A stretch of DNA of 64,000 nucleotides, taken from Candidatus Kaiserbacteria bacterium. Its GTDB lineage: Bacteria; Patescibacteriota; Minisyncoccia; Phycocordibacterales; Phycocordibacteraceae. The stretch is from NCBI GenBank assembly GCA_963813065.1, contig CAWEXP010000006.1:55779-119778 (forward strand). Reading direction: 5' to 3'. Each line of letters begins with the position of its first letter. Positions within the stretch are counted from its first letter, which is position 1. Under the pieces are notes generated by a model that had not been told where the DNA came from, searched no databases, and was given only the letters and a program-made list of their open reading frames with translations. This document shows positions 29,423 to 38,634 of the stretch, in pieces. The translations under genes and the position numbers were made by a program.

Positions 29423-32152
29423 ATGGAATCTGTAGACAAAAAACAAGGATTCGTAATCAACTCACCATACTTCGAACCGAAGTATCATTTTGAATACGAC
29501 GAAAATAGCGAGAGTTATCACAGAGAGGATGGCCGCAGAAAGGCCGGGTACTATGCAACTGTAGGTAAACAAGAAGTGGGGAAAGGGGCGACGCAATTCC
29601 TAGAGTTAGAGCTGGCTAGCATGATACGGCCACGAGTTAAAGAGTGGAAAGAAAAAGGATATCCAAATGTGACTTCAACTACAAAAAAGCTCCTGGAGCA
29701 CTGGAACAGATTTGATCAAGAGGGATTTGAGCAGGATGGTCAGAGGTACTTCTGGTGTCAGATAGAGGCGATTGAAACTATCATCTGGCTTGTTGAGGCT
29801 CCGGATGCCGTAAAAGTAGGAATAAATCTAAAAGACAGGAGCGATAGTGATTGGATGCGGGCCTGTACAAAGCTGGCGACGGGTACGGGAAAAACGGTTG
29901 TGATGGCGATGATTATTGCATGGCAGGTGCTCAATAAAGTTGCTAACCCAAAAGATACGAGATTTACGAAAAATATACTCGTGATGGCACCTGGCATTAC
30001 CGTGCGACATCGTCTCGAAGTGCTAATTCCAAGTAACGAGTCAAATTACTATGACGTCTTCAATATCGTACCCGCTTCACTTAAAGAATATCTATATCAA
30101 TCAAAAATAGCGATACTCAACTGGCAGTCAGTTGCTCCTAAGAAGAAGGAGTCCTTACCGAAAGTAATGCGAGATATGATGGGAGAGGAGAGCGATGGGG
30201 CATTTACGAGAAGAGTTCTATCTGAACTTCCGGGAGACGCACCGATATTGGTAATAAACGACGAGGCGCATCACTGCCATAGGCATACTGCTGAGATAGG
30301 AAAATCAAAAGAGGATAAAGAACAAGAAAAGAAAGAAAATGAAGAAGCGACAGTTTGGGTACAAGGTTTAGATAAAATACATAAAGCACGGGGAATTATT
30401 ACCGCTTATGACATGTCCGCAACTCCTTTTGTTCCGAAAGGTCGTAGCTCCAATACGGGATTCGAACTGTTTAACTGGATTATATCTGATTTTGGTCTGC
30501 ATGATGCCATCGAATCCGGTTTGGTAAAAACACCAACAATTGCAGTAAGGGACAGTTCGTATTCGTCAGAAAAAGTGGCCGGAGACAAGTCAAAGTTGTT
30601 CCACATCTATTATGAAGAAGGTATTCGGGAAGATCTCAATAAAAAATGTGAACCGAATGTAGATTTACCTGACCTTGTGCGAAGTGCGTTCAAGATCCTC
30701 TCAACAGATTGGTTGGCAACTAAAAACGAATGGAGTAAAGGAGTACCACCATCGATGATAGTGATTTGTAATAATACCTTTACATCTCAGCGAATTGAAT
30801 ACTCCATTTTAAATAGTCATTTAGGCGTATCAGAGATGGCAGATAAGAGTAAGGTATTGAGAGTCGATAGCACGGCTGAAGACATAGAAGATGAATCTCT
30901 TCGAGAAAAGTTCAATACCGTTGGTAAACAGGGGAAGCCAGGTGCAGATGTCGAATGTGTGATTGGTGTGAATATGCTCTCAGAAGGATGGGATGCAAAT
31001 AACGTTAAACAGATACTCGGCTTGCGCGCCTTTACATCACAATTGCTTTGTGAGCAGGTTGTAGGCAGAGGGCTCCGTAGAATGAGCTACGATATTGATG
31101 AAAGTACAGGGTTATTGAAACCAGAGTATGTAACAGTTTTCGGTATTCCCTTCAGCTTCTTACCAATAGAGGGTAAGGAGGGACCAGATCCTGGCCCAGA
31201 AAAGCCAAAAACTTTCGTACAGGTGCTACCACAGAAAAGACAATATCAAATTCTATTTCCCAACATCTTGAGGGTGCAAAAAGAGACAGAGCACTTTGTC
31301 GATATTGATTGGAAGAAAACAGAAAAATTGGCCTTGTCTCCAACAGAGAACCCTGTGTGGGTTCAGGTTGCTCCCACCATTGATCGCCCCGACTTGTCTC
31401 AGTCTCAAAAGATGAGTTCGATTCAAGAATATCTCGGTAAAGACTATCGCTTAAAACAAAGCGTTTTTGCGATTACTTCGAGTATCAAAAACGGTTTGGA
31501 CGACACTTGGAAGAATATAGATGATGGTAATAAATTCCAACAAATATTTAAAATTGTTTCTGATTTTATCGAGAAGAATGTAACTATAGATGCTGACAAA
31601 AGTAATCACGACGTGTATAAAAATATTCTTATTGGTTTAAACACCACCAAAATAACAGCAATGGTTAGACAGGCGATAAACTTGAGTCAAGACACGAAGT
31701 CTTATCCAATACCCGATCCAATCAACAAATTCAAAACAACATCAGTAATGACGCCGTGGTACACAACCCGGGATACCTACTCTTCGCCTGAAATGAAATG
31801 CCACATTAGTCATCTCGTACAAGATAGTAGATGGGAAAATATAGGGAAGATTCTCGATAATGAAATCGATGATGTTACGGCTTGGGTCAAGAATGACCAT
31901 TTGGCTTTCACCATTCCCTACATACACAAAGGGTTGATGCGATCTTTTTTCCCCGATTTCGTTATTCAATATAAAGGGAACCGACATCTACTTCTGGAAA
32001 TAAAAGGAAAGGAGAGAGAACAAGACCAAACTAAATGGGATTCGGCGAAGCTGTGGTGTGAAGCCTTAAATTCCGACAAAGATTCTTGGGGAGAGTGGCA
32101 GTTTAGAGTTGTGAAAAATAAGCCAAATATTTCCGACCTAAAATGGAAATAA
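29423..32152 (+). CDS. res: Type III RM restriction subunit (Res)
   Basis: ATGTGKT, DEAHH, SATP, EGWD, QVVGRGLR, C-terminal PDF..LLEIKG nuclease. Confidence 0.9.
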   Translation: MESVDKKQGFVINSPYFEPKYHFEYDENSESYHREDGRRKAGYYATVGKQEVGKGATQFLELELASMIRPRVKEWKEKGYPNVTSTTKKLLEHWNRFDQEGFEQDGQRYFWCQIEAIETIIWLVEAPDAVKVGINLKDRSDSDWMRACTKLATGTGKTVVMAMIIAWQVLNKVANPKDTRFTKNILVMAPGITVRHRLEVLIPSNESNYYDVFNIVPASLKEYLYQSKIAILNWQSVAPKKKESLPKVMRDMMGEESDGAFTRRVLSELPGDAPILVINDEAHHCHRHTAEIGKSKEDKEQEKKENEEATVWVQGLDKIHKARGIITAYDMSATPFVPKGRSSNTGFELFNWIISDFGLHDAIESGLVKTPTIAVRDSSYSSEKVAGDKSKLFHIYYEEGIREDLNKKCEPNVDLPDLVRSAFKILSTDWLATKNEWSKGVPPSMIVICNNTFTSQRIEYSILNSHLGVSEMADKSKVLRVDSTAEDIEDESLREKFNTVGKQGKPGADVECVIGVNMLSEGWDANNVKQILGLRAFTSQLLCEQVVGRGLRRMSYDIDESTGLLKPEYVTVFGIPFSFLPIEGKEGPDPGPEKPKTFVQVLPQKRQYQILFPNILRVQKETEHFVDIDWKKTEKLALSPTENPVWVQVAPTIDRPDLSQSQKMSSIQEYLGKDYRLKQSVFAITSSIKNGLDDTWKNIDDGNKFQQIFKIVSDFIEKNVTIDADKSNHDVYKNILIGLNTTKITAMVRQAINLSQDTKSYPIPDPINKFKTTSVMTPWYTTRDTYSSPEMKCHISHLVQDSRWENIGKILDNEIDDVTAWVKNDHLAFTIPYIHKGLMRSFFPDFVIQYKGNRHLLLEIKGKEREQDQTKWDSAKLWCEALNSDKDSWGEWQFRVVKNKPNISDLKWK

Positions 32153-32156
32153 TCTT

Positions 32157-32288
32157 ATGGACGAGGAACTCTTCGAACTTGCAAAAGATAACGACCTAAC
32201 TCTAGACGAGGCGCAGGAGGTTCAAGATCTTGCCGACGAAACGGGACTAGACCTGGAAGAGGCGTTAGAGATTTGGCAGGCGCAATAA
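32157..32288 (+). CDS. 43-aa highly acidic protein
   Basis: Hand translation MDEELFELAKDNDLTLDEAQEVQDLADETGLDLEEALEIWQAQ, 4 nt after res stop. Confidence 0.65.
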   Translation: MDEELFELAKDNDLTLDEAQEVQDLADETGLDLEEALEIWQAQ

Positions 32289-32290
32289 CC

Positions 32291-32611
32291 CTAATCGCCC
32301 CGTTCTAGTTGCGCAACGAGTTCAACAATCCCAATCCCTCCTTGGTGCTGGATCGTCTCCTTGGGCTTGCCGATTGTATGTTCGAGCAGTAGCCGTGCGG
32401 CGTTGGTGTCGGGTGCCAATTCAGATACAGATTGTCTCCCCTTAAAGTCGGTACGAGTGATGCGAAGATTCCCGATAGCGGCTTGGATTTGAGCATCGAG
32501 AATGGGGTCAAGTTTCTCAACTATCTTCTGTACCATGCGCTCTCGAATCATTTGAGTAATGAGTGTCTTGCTTGCTACTGGCCGCCCCCCTTTTATTTTT
32601 TCCGGAAACAT
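32291..32611 (-). CDS. Hypothetical protein, resembles phage small-terminase-like proteins
   Basis: GGRP N-terminus, PDTNAARLLLEHTIGKPKE C-terminal pattern. Confidence 0.5.
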   Translation of the reverse strand: MFPEKIKGGRPVASKTLITQMIRERMVQKIVEKLDPILDAQIQAAIGNLRITRTDFKGRQSVSELAPDTNAARLLLEHTIGKPKETIQHQGGIGIVELVAQLERGD

Positions 32612-32703
32612 CGAGTTAATTATATAATTCGTTTTCAACTCCTCTGTAGATATAGTCGGTACTTCGCGTCTACGCCGTTTGTTCGCCTCGCAGCGAGGAG
32701 TCA

Positions 32704-33393
32704 TTACTTGGTTGGGTATAGGATGCCTTTGCCCGGTAAACAACTGTCAGACGCGGAGATAAGTATGGGATTGTCGTGCTTATCGAAGGTGTAGGTATTC
32801 GTCGTCCCGCACTCCGATGACATATGCCAATAAACATCGACTTCTCCGGTTTTGGGGAAAGATAAGAAACCAAATACCGAGCCATCGGTGTCCCGCTCCA
32901 TTGAGATAGTGGTCGTTGAGCCAGCGTCAGAATAGAAGTCAAATCCAATTACGTGACGAACTAATCCTTTCTTTTCTTCAAGTAGGGCAAAGTATGGGCA
33001 TCCACCACTGCCGCAAAAACCGACAACGAGAGGATCAACGAAGTAGAGAACCTTTCCGTCGGAAAGAGTAGTCGAGGCTACATCAGACTGATTTCCGCAT
33101 AAAAAGTCAGAAAGGGGGTAAGGCTTCACAAAGTCGGATAGTTCGTTGTCGATAGGATCGTTGCCGCTGCCACTGTTCTCATAGTACGGAACACAGTTCG
33201 GATTAATTGCTCCAAGCTCTTCAATATAATTCGGGTCGAAAGTATTAGGCGAGAAATCATCTTTAGATAAAGTATCCAAGACGGCTTTCCCAGCAGCTTG
33301 CTGGTACACGATAGGATAGGCAATAAAGAGTCCAGCGAAGACAATTGCGACGAGGCCGCATAGAAGTAAGAGTCTGGTGCCCAGATTTTTCAT
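32704..33393 (-). CDS. Membrane-anchored hypothetical protein
   Basis: N-terminal TM, FCGSGGC motif. Confidence 0.6.
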   Translation of the reverse strand: MKNLGTRLLLLCGLVAIVFAGLFIAYPIVYQQAAGKAVLDTLSKDDFSPNTFDPNYIEELGAINPNCVPYYENSGSGNDPIDNELSDFVKPYPLSDFLCGNQSDVASTTLSDGKVLYFVDPLVVGFCGSGGCPYFALLEEKKGLVRHVIGFDFYSDAGSTTTISMERDTDGSVFGFLSFPKTGEVDVYWHMSSECGTTNTYTFDKHDNPILISASDSCLPGKGILYPTK

Positions 33394-33632
33394 ACCATCC
33401 ATTCGTACCACTCTTTTTCTCTTGCCACCGGTCGATTGTTTTCCCCTCTTTCTCGCAACCCTCTAGTCTCTGATTCAAGGCTAAATATTTTTTGTTGTAG
33501 AGCATTTATTACGCTCGCTGCGTTATGGCTTTTGTCCTCGAAGTACCAAATAACAAGAAAGGCGAGAAAACCAGCGCCGCCGCTATTACTCGCTCCTCCT
33601 ATTATGAATCCCCATAAAATTGCCCATACCAT
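33390..33632 (-). CDS. Small membrane protein
   Basis: 80 aa, hydrophobic N-terminus, overlaps next start by 4 nt. Confidence 0.5.
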   Translation of the reverse strand: MVWAILWGFIIGGASNSGGAGFLAFLVIWYFEDKSHNAASVINALQQKIFSLESETRGLRERGENNRPVAREKEWYEWMV

Positions 33633-33634
33633 AG

Positions 33635-34219
33635 TTATATTTGTTTTAAATACTTTTCCGAATTTCTCAAACCGGAGTTATTCACACTACCTATAAAATC
33701 TTGCATATCTTCGTACCAAGATTCTCCCCACAATGTTCTATCGCAATCACGCAAAGAGAGTGCGGGGTAGGTTCCTCGAACAAGTGATACATACTTCCAA
33801 TACAGTCTCTTTTTCTCTTTCCGGTTAACAACGGTACTAAGATTTCTGATTTTCTCGCTACCGTCTCCAATTCTTTTATTTACTTGTTCTCGTACCCGAT
33901 AGTCGTACACAGTGAAGGTCTCGGGGTAAAGTGTCGTGAGGACTGCTGACGCCATTGCGATATCGAACCCATCTTTATCCAGAAGGATGTCTAGTTTTGT
34001 ATCCAGATCTTTTTCATTAGCAATTGTTTCGGTTAAATTCTTTATCGCCTCATCAGACAAACTTGCTCGGATTCTTTTTGCTGGGCGCTTTGATTTCCAA
34101 AAAATGATTGCAAAAAACTCTTCTGCGGTAAGGAAATGATTTTTAACAAAAGCTGGCCGCACCTCTTTTTCAAGGTAATTATCCAACCAGTAATATTTGA
34201 GATAGTTTTTTGTAGACAT
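33635..34219 (-). CDS. Helix-hairpin-helix DNA glycosylase-like protein
   Basis: WKS, DGFDIAMASAVL...P..F.VYDYRV, LRDCDRTLW pattern. Confidence 0.55.
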   Translation of the reverse strand: MSTKNYLKYYWLDNYLEKEVRPAFVKNHFLTAEEFFAIIFWKSKRPAKRIRASLSDEAIKNLTETIANEKDLDTKLDILLDKDGFDIAMASAVLTTLYPETFTVYDYRVREQVNKRIGDGSEKIRNLSTVVNRKEKKRLYWKYVSLVRGTYPALSLRDCDRTLWGESWYEDMQDFIGSVNNSGLRNSEKYLKQI

Positions 34220-34223
34220 GCAA

Positions 34224-34400
34224 AAACCCACCACGTGGGTAGAGGCTTGCGCCTCTCATACGAGTTTCCCCGTATGGCCGGTAAAGACGACCCCACATGA
34301 TGGGTTTCCGCGTCTTTACCGGACTTCTCCAGCCATGCCCAGCCCGGAGGCTGAGTTTAGGCCATATCGCACCCTTGTATCGTACTCGGTCTGGAGCTTA
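34224..34400 (-). ncRNA. Candidate structured leader RNA / switch
   Basis: Consecutive hairpins including a perfect 12-bp helix and a competing 16-bp helix that pairs fully only on the minus strand. Confidence 0.45.
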
Positions 34401-34494
34401 TGTGAAGGCGGAACGTGCTTTCTACAAAAAACCAGAAACAGAAAAAACCATAGATTCTATGGCTTCTTCTGAGGTTATATTAACTGGCCTTCGG

Positions 34495-34566
34495 CTCCGC
34501 GGGTAGGACTCGAACCTACAACCAACTCCTTAACAGGGAGCTGCTCTACCATTGAGCTACCGCGGA
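34495..34566 (-). tRNA. tRNA-Asn(GTT)
   Basis: Cloverleaf, gctcc-ct GTT aa-ggagt. Confidence 0.95.
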
Positions 34567-34705
34567 ATGTTGTCGTACCCCTGACTTTTTTGAACATACC
34601 GGAGGTACCGCGGAATGTCTATGATGTCTGCACCGCTATCGGTGCCACGGCATTCTAGCTGAAACTGCACAGAATTGCCACCCGCTCGTTTGGTATACTT
34701 GTGTA

Positions 34706-34933
34706 ATGATGACGCTCTACATTCGCCCAACGTGCCCCTATTGCCACAAGGTGCTCAAGCGCGCCGAGGAGCTCGGCATCGAGTTCGACTTGAAAGATAT
34801 TACCGATCCCGCCATTGCCACCGAGCTCGTGGCGAAAGGCGGGAAACAGCAAGTGCCATACCTCGTCGACGCCGAGCACAGCGTCGCGATGTACGAGTCG
34901 GGAGATATTATTTCCTATATTGAGCGACCGTGA
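34706..34933 (+). CDS. Glutaredoxin-like protein
   Basis: CPYC, QVPYLVD, MYESGDI. Confidence 0.9.
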   Translation: MMTLYIRPTCPYCHKVLKRAEELGIEFDLKDITDPAIATELVAKGGKQQVPYLVDAEHSVAMYESGDIISYIERP

Positions 34934-35148
34934 GCTATCTTAAAGTATTCGTCACGCCCTCGGCGCGCCGCGAGCGCGTCGAGGAGAAAGGTGACACGCT
35001 CCTGATAGCGGTCAAAGAGCCTGCGCAGGGGAATCAGGCGAACCTACGCGTGCGTACTATAGTTGCGGAGCGGCTTGGCCTGCCCGTGAGTGCGGTACGA
35101 TTACTAACAGGGCATCGTTCGCGTTCAAAAATGTTAACCATCGGCTAA
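34930..35148 (+). CDS. DUF167/YggU family protein
   Basis: VTPSARRE, EPAQGNQAN, GHRSRSK. Confidence 0.85.
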   Translation: MSYLKVFVTPSARRERVEEKGDTLLIAVKEPAQGNQANLRVRTIVAERLGLPVSAVRLLTGHRSRSKMLTIG

Positions 35149-35158
35149 TTCTTTCACC

Positions 35159-35515
35159 ATGCGCACCACCATCAAGGCGAACAAGTATCCGCTCAGTCCT
35201 GAGAGCGAAGCGATTCTGGAAGAAAAGTTGGCGGCGCCCCTGCGACTCCTCGGCGAGGAGGGCGACGGCGCACTGCTCGAGATAGAAATAGAAGAGGCGC
35301 CGGCCGAGGGGCGCTCGGCCGAACCGGTGCGGGTCGTGGCGAACGTCATCATCGGCGGGAAAGTCTTCCATTCTGAAGCAGTGAAGCCCTCTCCCTTAAG
35401 CGCGGCTGATCGGGTGCGGAGCCAGCTCGAAGCGGAGATACGGAAGTTCCGCGGGCGCGAGCGGAGCTACCTGCGCCGCGGGCGCGCGAGGATCAAGAAG
35501 TTTTTTGGACGCTAA
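35159..35515 (+). CDS. HPF/RaiA-like ribosome hibernation protein
   Basis: 118 aa, beta-alpha-beta-beta-beta-alpha pattern, SAADRVRSQLEAEIRK. Confidence 0.6.
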   Translation: MRTTIKANKYPLSPESEAILEEKLAAPLRLLGEEGDGALLEIEIEEAPAEGRSAEPVRVVANVIIGGKVFHSEAVKPSPLSAADRVRSQLEAEIRKFRGRERSYLRRGRARIKKFFGR

Positions 35516-36326
35516 TCTCGCGCCCGCCCTCGGGGATGACGCGCTCGATGGTGAACTGATTGTGTGCAAATGAGGCACGCGTAATCTTCACGCGTTTGCC
35601 GTCTCGGAAAAAATACACGCCGGGCCAACCTTCGTAGGCGAGATATTTCAGATACGCGGAGCGCGAGCGATCATCGCTCTGGATTTCGCCATCTTCTTTT
35701 TTTATTTTCTTCGTCACCGTCGCGAGCGATTCGTCTTGTACCGCGCCTTTCAGGTCGCCCGTGAGCCAGCTCGGGAGGATGGTGGCGAGCAGTGCACCAC
35801 CGCGACTCCAGAGGAGCGTGTTGAGATCGTTCCGGCGCGGGAGCTCGGGCAGAGCGACTTCTTCTTGGGCGACGAGTGGCCCGTGGTCCATCTTTTCATC
35901 CATCTCGATAATCGAAACGCCGATGTGTTGCTCGTCGGCAAGAATCTGGCTCTCGACCGGCGACGTGCCGCGATAGCGGGGCAGGAGCGAGGGGTGGACA
36001 TTGAGCGCGCCGTGCGAGGGGATAGCGAGGAGTGCGGCAGGAAGAATTTTCCCATACGCCGCGACGATAAAAAGGTCGGCATGCGTCGCGCGCAGAGCCA
36101 CGAGTGTCGGCTCATCAAATTTCTCGGGCTGGAGCACGGGTATCTCGCGCGCGAGGGCCCACTGCTTGACCGGCGACATGGTCAGCTCAAGTCCGCGACC
36201 AGCGGGGCGGTCGGGCGTGGTCACCACAAGCGCAGGCAAGTATCCGGCATTAGCCAAAGGATCGAGCACGAGAGTCGAGAATGAGGGCGTACCGAAATAG
36301 ACGAAATTAGGAGGCTGGTTCTTCAT
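35493..36326 (-). CDS. fmt: Methionyl-tRNA formyltransferase
   Basis: FGTPSF, PDRPAGRG, AAYGKI, NVHPSLLPRYRG, MDHGP. Confidence 0.95.
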   Translation of the reverse strand: MKNQPPNFVYFGTPSFSTLVLDPLANAGYLPALVVTTPDRPAGRGLELTMSPVKQWALAREIPVLQPEKFDEPTLVALRATHADLFIVAAYGKILPAALLAIPSHGALNVHPSLLPRYRGTSPVESQILADEQHIGVSIIEMDEKMDHGPLVAQEEVALPELPRRNDLNTLLWSRGGALLATILPSWLTGDLKGAVQDESLATVTKKIKKEDGEIQSDDRSRSAYLKYLAYEGWPGVYFFRDGKRVKITRASFAHNQFTIERVIPEGGREISVQKTS

Positions 36327-36839
36327 GGGCGGGATGCTTGAGCTCGATGAGGTGTTCAGCATGGTCGGTGAAGAGGATGCCATTTAAATGGTCCACTTCA
36401 TGTTCAAAAATTTGCGCGAGGAGCCCGGAGGCGCCACGCTCGAACCGCTTGCCGTCGACCGTGCGTGCGCGGAGCGTGACGCGTTCGTGCCGACTCGTGG
36501 TGCCGTAGACGCCGCGCACCGAGAGACAACCCTCATCCTCTTTCTGCCGCTTGCGTGAGGTCTTCACGATTTCGGGATTTATGAAAACGTCGACTTGCGG
36601 CTTCGCCTTCGGTTCGCCCTCGGGAGGGAGGGGAAGGGTTCGGTCAATGCGTACGACGAAGAGGCGATACGGGACCGCAATCTGGGCGCGGCGAGTGCTA
36701 CGCCGTCGAGCTCAGCATCGAGCGCGGTGCTCATGTCGGCGACGATGCGCGCAAGCTTGGCACTACCGAAGAGCTCCTCGGGTACTGGAGGAGCCACGTT
36801 CCGCAAGATTGGTGCGCCTTCTTGGACGATGGTCTTCAT
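36307..36839 (-). CDS. def: Peptide deformylase (frameshifted as given)
   Basis: GVALAAP, EGCLSV, HEVDHLNG split across frames. Confidence 0.9.
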
Positions 36840-36861
36840 GCTGTAGAGCCTACTATATAAC

Positions 36862-36882
36862 AAAAAGCGCCCGAAGGCGCTT
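36862..36882 (-). terminator. Intrinsic terminator
   Basis: aagcgcc-ttcg-ggcgctttttg on minus strand. Confidence 0.7.
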
Positions 36883-37031
36883 GGAAAGATCGGCGGCACG
36901 GGCTACCAGGGGGGCTGAGCGCCCGTGCCGCACGGACGTGCAAGATCACTCGGGATCGTTCGGAGGGGGTCGACCCCGCGCGACGCGTTCGCACGCCACT
37001 GTCCTTAAGTTACACCAATCGGCTCTGGAAG

Positions 37032-37331
37032 TCAATACTCCGGCTCCTGATGCTTCTTGGGGTCAACTTCCCACCAGAATTTCTTCGAGAAGTGTTTGGC
37101 GCGACTGCAGACGCTCTTCAAATAATATAAGTCGTTGGTGGGGATGCCTTCGAGGATGAGGCCAAGACGCGACATGGTGAGCGGCACGAGCCCGTCCTTC
37201 TTGCGCGAATAATTAAGATGTTTCTGGAAGAATTGCAGGAGCTCGCCGCGCTCCGTCTTCCGCTGACGCCCGCCCGGCGCTGACGCCATCTTCTTCTCGA
37301 TGTCGGGCAAAATCTCCTTGATGGACTTCAT
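37032..37331 (-). CDS. Basic hypothetical protein
   Basis: 99 aa, coupled to murA stop, LYYLKSVC..FSKKFWW. Confidence 0.7.
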   Translation of the reverse strand: MKSIKEILPDIEKKMASAPGGRQRKTERGELLQFFQKHLNYSRKKDGLVPLTMSRLGLILEGIPTNDLYYLKSVCSRAKHFSKKFWWEVDPKKHQEPEY

Positions 37332-38632
37332 GACGTTTCAATTTCAGCACCGAGAGACTTGAGGCGCGTGACGATATCCTCATAGCCGCGGGAGATCGAG
37401 TAGACGTTGCGGAGGGTTGAGCGACCGGCGCTGCCGAGCATGGCGACGAGGATGATGGTCGCGGGGCGCAGTGCGGGCGGGCAGACGACCTCGGCCGCCT
37501 TGAGCCGCACGGGGCCGGGGATCGAGATGCGATGCGGATCGTGGAGCACGGTCTGCGCGCCGAGTCGATCGAGCTCGGTGTAATAGATCGCGCGCTTCTC
37601 GTAGACCCAGTCGTGGATAAGGGTTGTGCCCTTGGCCACGAGCGCAATGGCGGCGAAGAAGGGGAGATTGTCGATGTTGAGACCCGGATAGGGGCGGGCA
37701 TGAATTTTTTCGGGGAAGGCAGTCAGGCTCGACGGCTTCAGGTGCAGGTCGATGATCTTGGTAATGCCATTCTCTGAGACGCGTGGATTCTTGAGCGAGT
37801 ATTTCAATCCCATTTTCTCGAGAATAAAAAGTTCGGTCTCGAGGAACTCGATGGGCGCACTGCGAATGACGAGCGCTGACTTCGTCACGATGGCCGCAGA
37901 GATGAAGAACATCGCGTCGGTCGGATCTTCGGCGACGGTGTATGAAATATCTTTTTTAATCTCTCGAATGCCGCGCACCGTGAGTGTCGTCGAGCCGGTG
38001 CCCTCAATCTCGACGCCGAGCGCTTGCAAGAATCCGCAGACTTCCTGCACCTGATAATTCGCCGAGGCGTACTTGATGATGCTCGTGCCGGGAATCTTCG
38101 CGGCGGCGAAGAGGGCATTAATGGTCGCGGTGTCGCTCGATTCGTAGAGAGTCACTTCGGCCGGGTGCAGAGTCGTATGCGTAATACGGTAGCGGTCACG
38201 GAGTGCGCTGATGGCAATGCCGAACTTCTCGAGCGCGTAGAGATGCGGCCGCGCCGAACGGAGGCCCAAGGTACAACCGCCCGATTGCGGCAACTCGAAT
38301 TTTTTGAAACGGTGCACCAAGGGGCCGATGAACATCAAAATACTGCGCGTCTTGGTCGCGGCGACCTTATCAATTTTATCGAGGTTTAACCTCGATGAGG
38401 GGGCAACGATGAGGCTCGAACCGTTCCATTCCACCGAGACACCAATCGACCGCAGGACTTCGACGAGTCGGTGCACCTCCTCGATCTTCGGCACGCGCTC
38501 GAGGGTCGTGACACCATCGTTCAGTAGCGAAGCGGCGAGGAGTGCGACCGCGCCGTTCTTCGAGCGCGAGGTGATGACTTCGCCTCTCAGTTTCTTGCCG
38601 CCCTCAATCACGAAATTCATGCCGTCGGCCAT
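37328..38632 (-). CDS. murA: UDP-N-acetylglucosamine 1-carboxyvinyltransferase
   Basis: SKNGAV, GGCTLGLR, PYPG, LR, ISRGYE motifs. Confidence 0.95.
   Translation of the reverse strand: MADGMNFVIEGGKKLRGEVITSRSKNGAVALLAASLLNDGVTTLERVPKIEEVHRLVEVLRSIGVSVEWNGSSLIVAPSSRLNLDKIDKVAATKTRSILMFIGPLVHRFKKFELPQSGGCTLGLRSARPHLYALEKFGIAISALRDRYRITHTTLHPAEVTLYESSDTATINALFAAAKIPGTSIIKYASANYQVQEVCGFLQALGVEIEGTGSTTLTVRGIREIKKDISYTVAEDPTDAMFFISAAIVTKSALVIRSAPIEFLETELFILEKMGLKYSLKNPRVSENGITKIIDLHLKPSSLTAFPEKIHARPYPGLNIDNLPFFAAIALVAKGTTLIHDWVYEKRAIYYTELDRLGAQTVLHDPHRISIPGPVRLKAAEVVCPPALRPATIILVAMLGSAGRSTLRNVYSISRGYEDIVTRLKSLGAEIETS
38378..38396. repeat. REP-like palindrome inside murA
   Basis: atcgaggtt-t-aacctcgat, identical to the RAYT flank at 56975-56993. 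Confidence 0.85.
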
Positions 38633-38634
38633 AG

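Larger units (their letters stand above)
26700..34494. mobile_element. AT-rich genomic island at the 3' end of tRNA-Asn
   Basis: Visible drop in GC, RM genes, phage-like ORF, abuts tRNA-Asn; no integrase seen; boundaries approximate. Confidence 0.65.

Noticed and set aside
35079-35090. cctgcccg in the DUF167 gene as another mini-element
   Set aside because: No hairpin or GGG end, and the protein shows no apparent extra residues.
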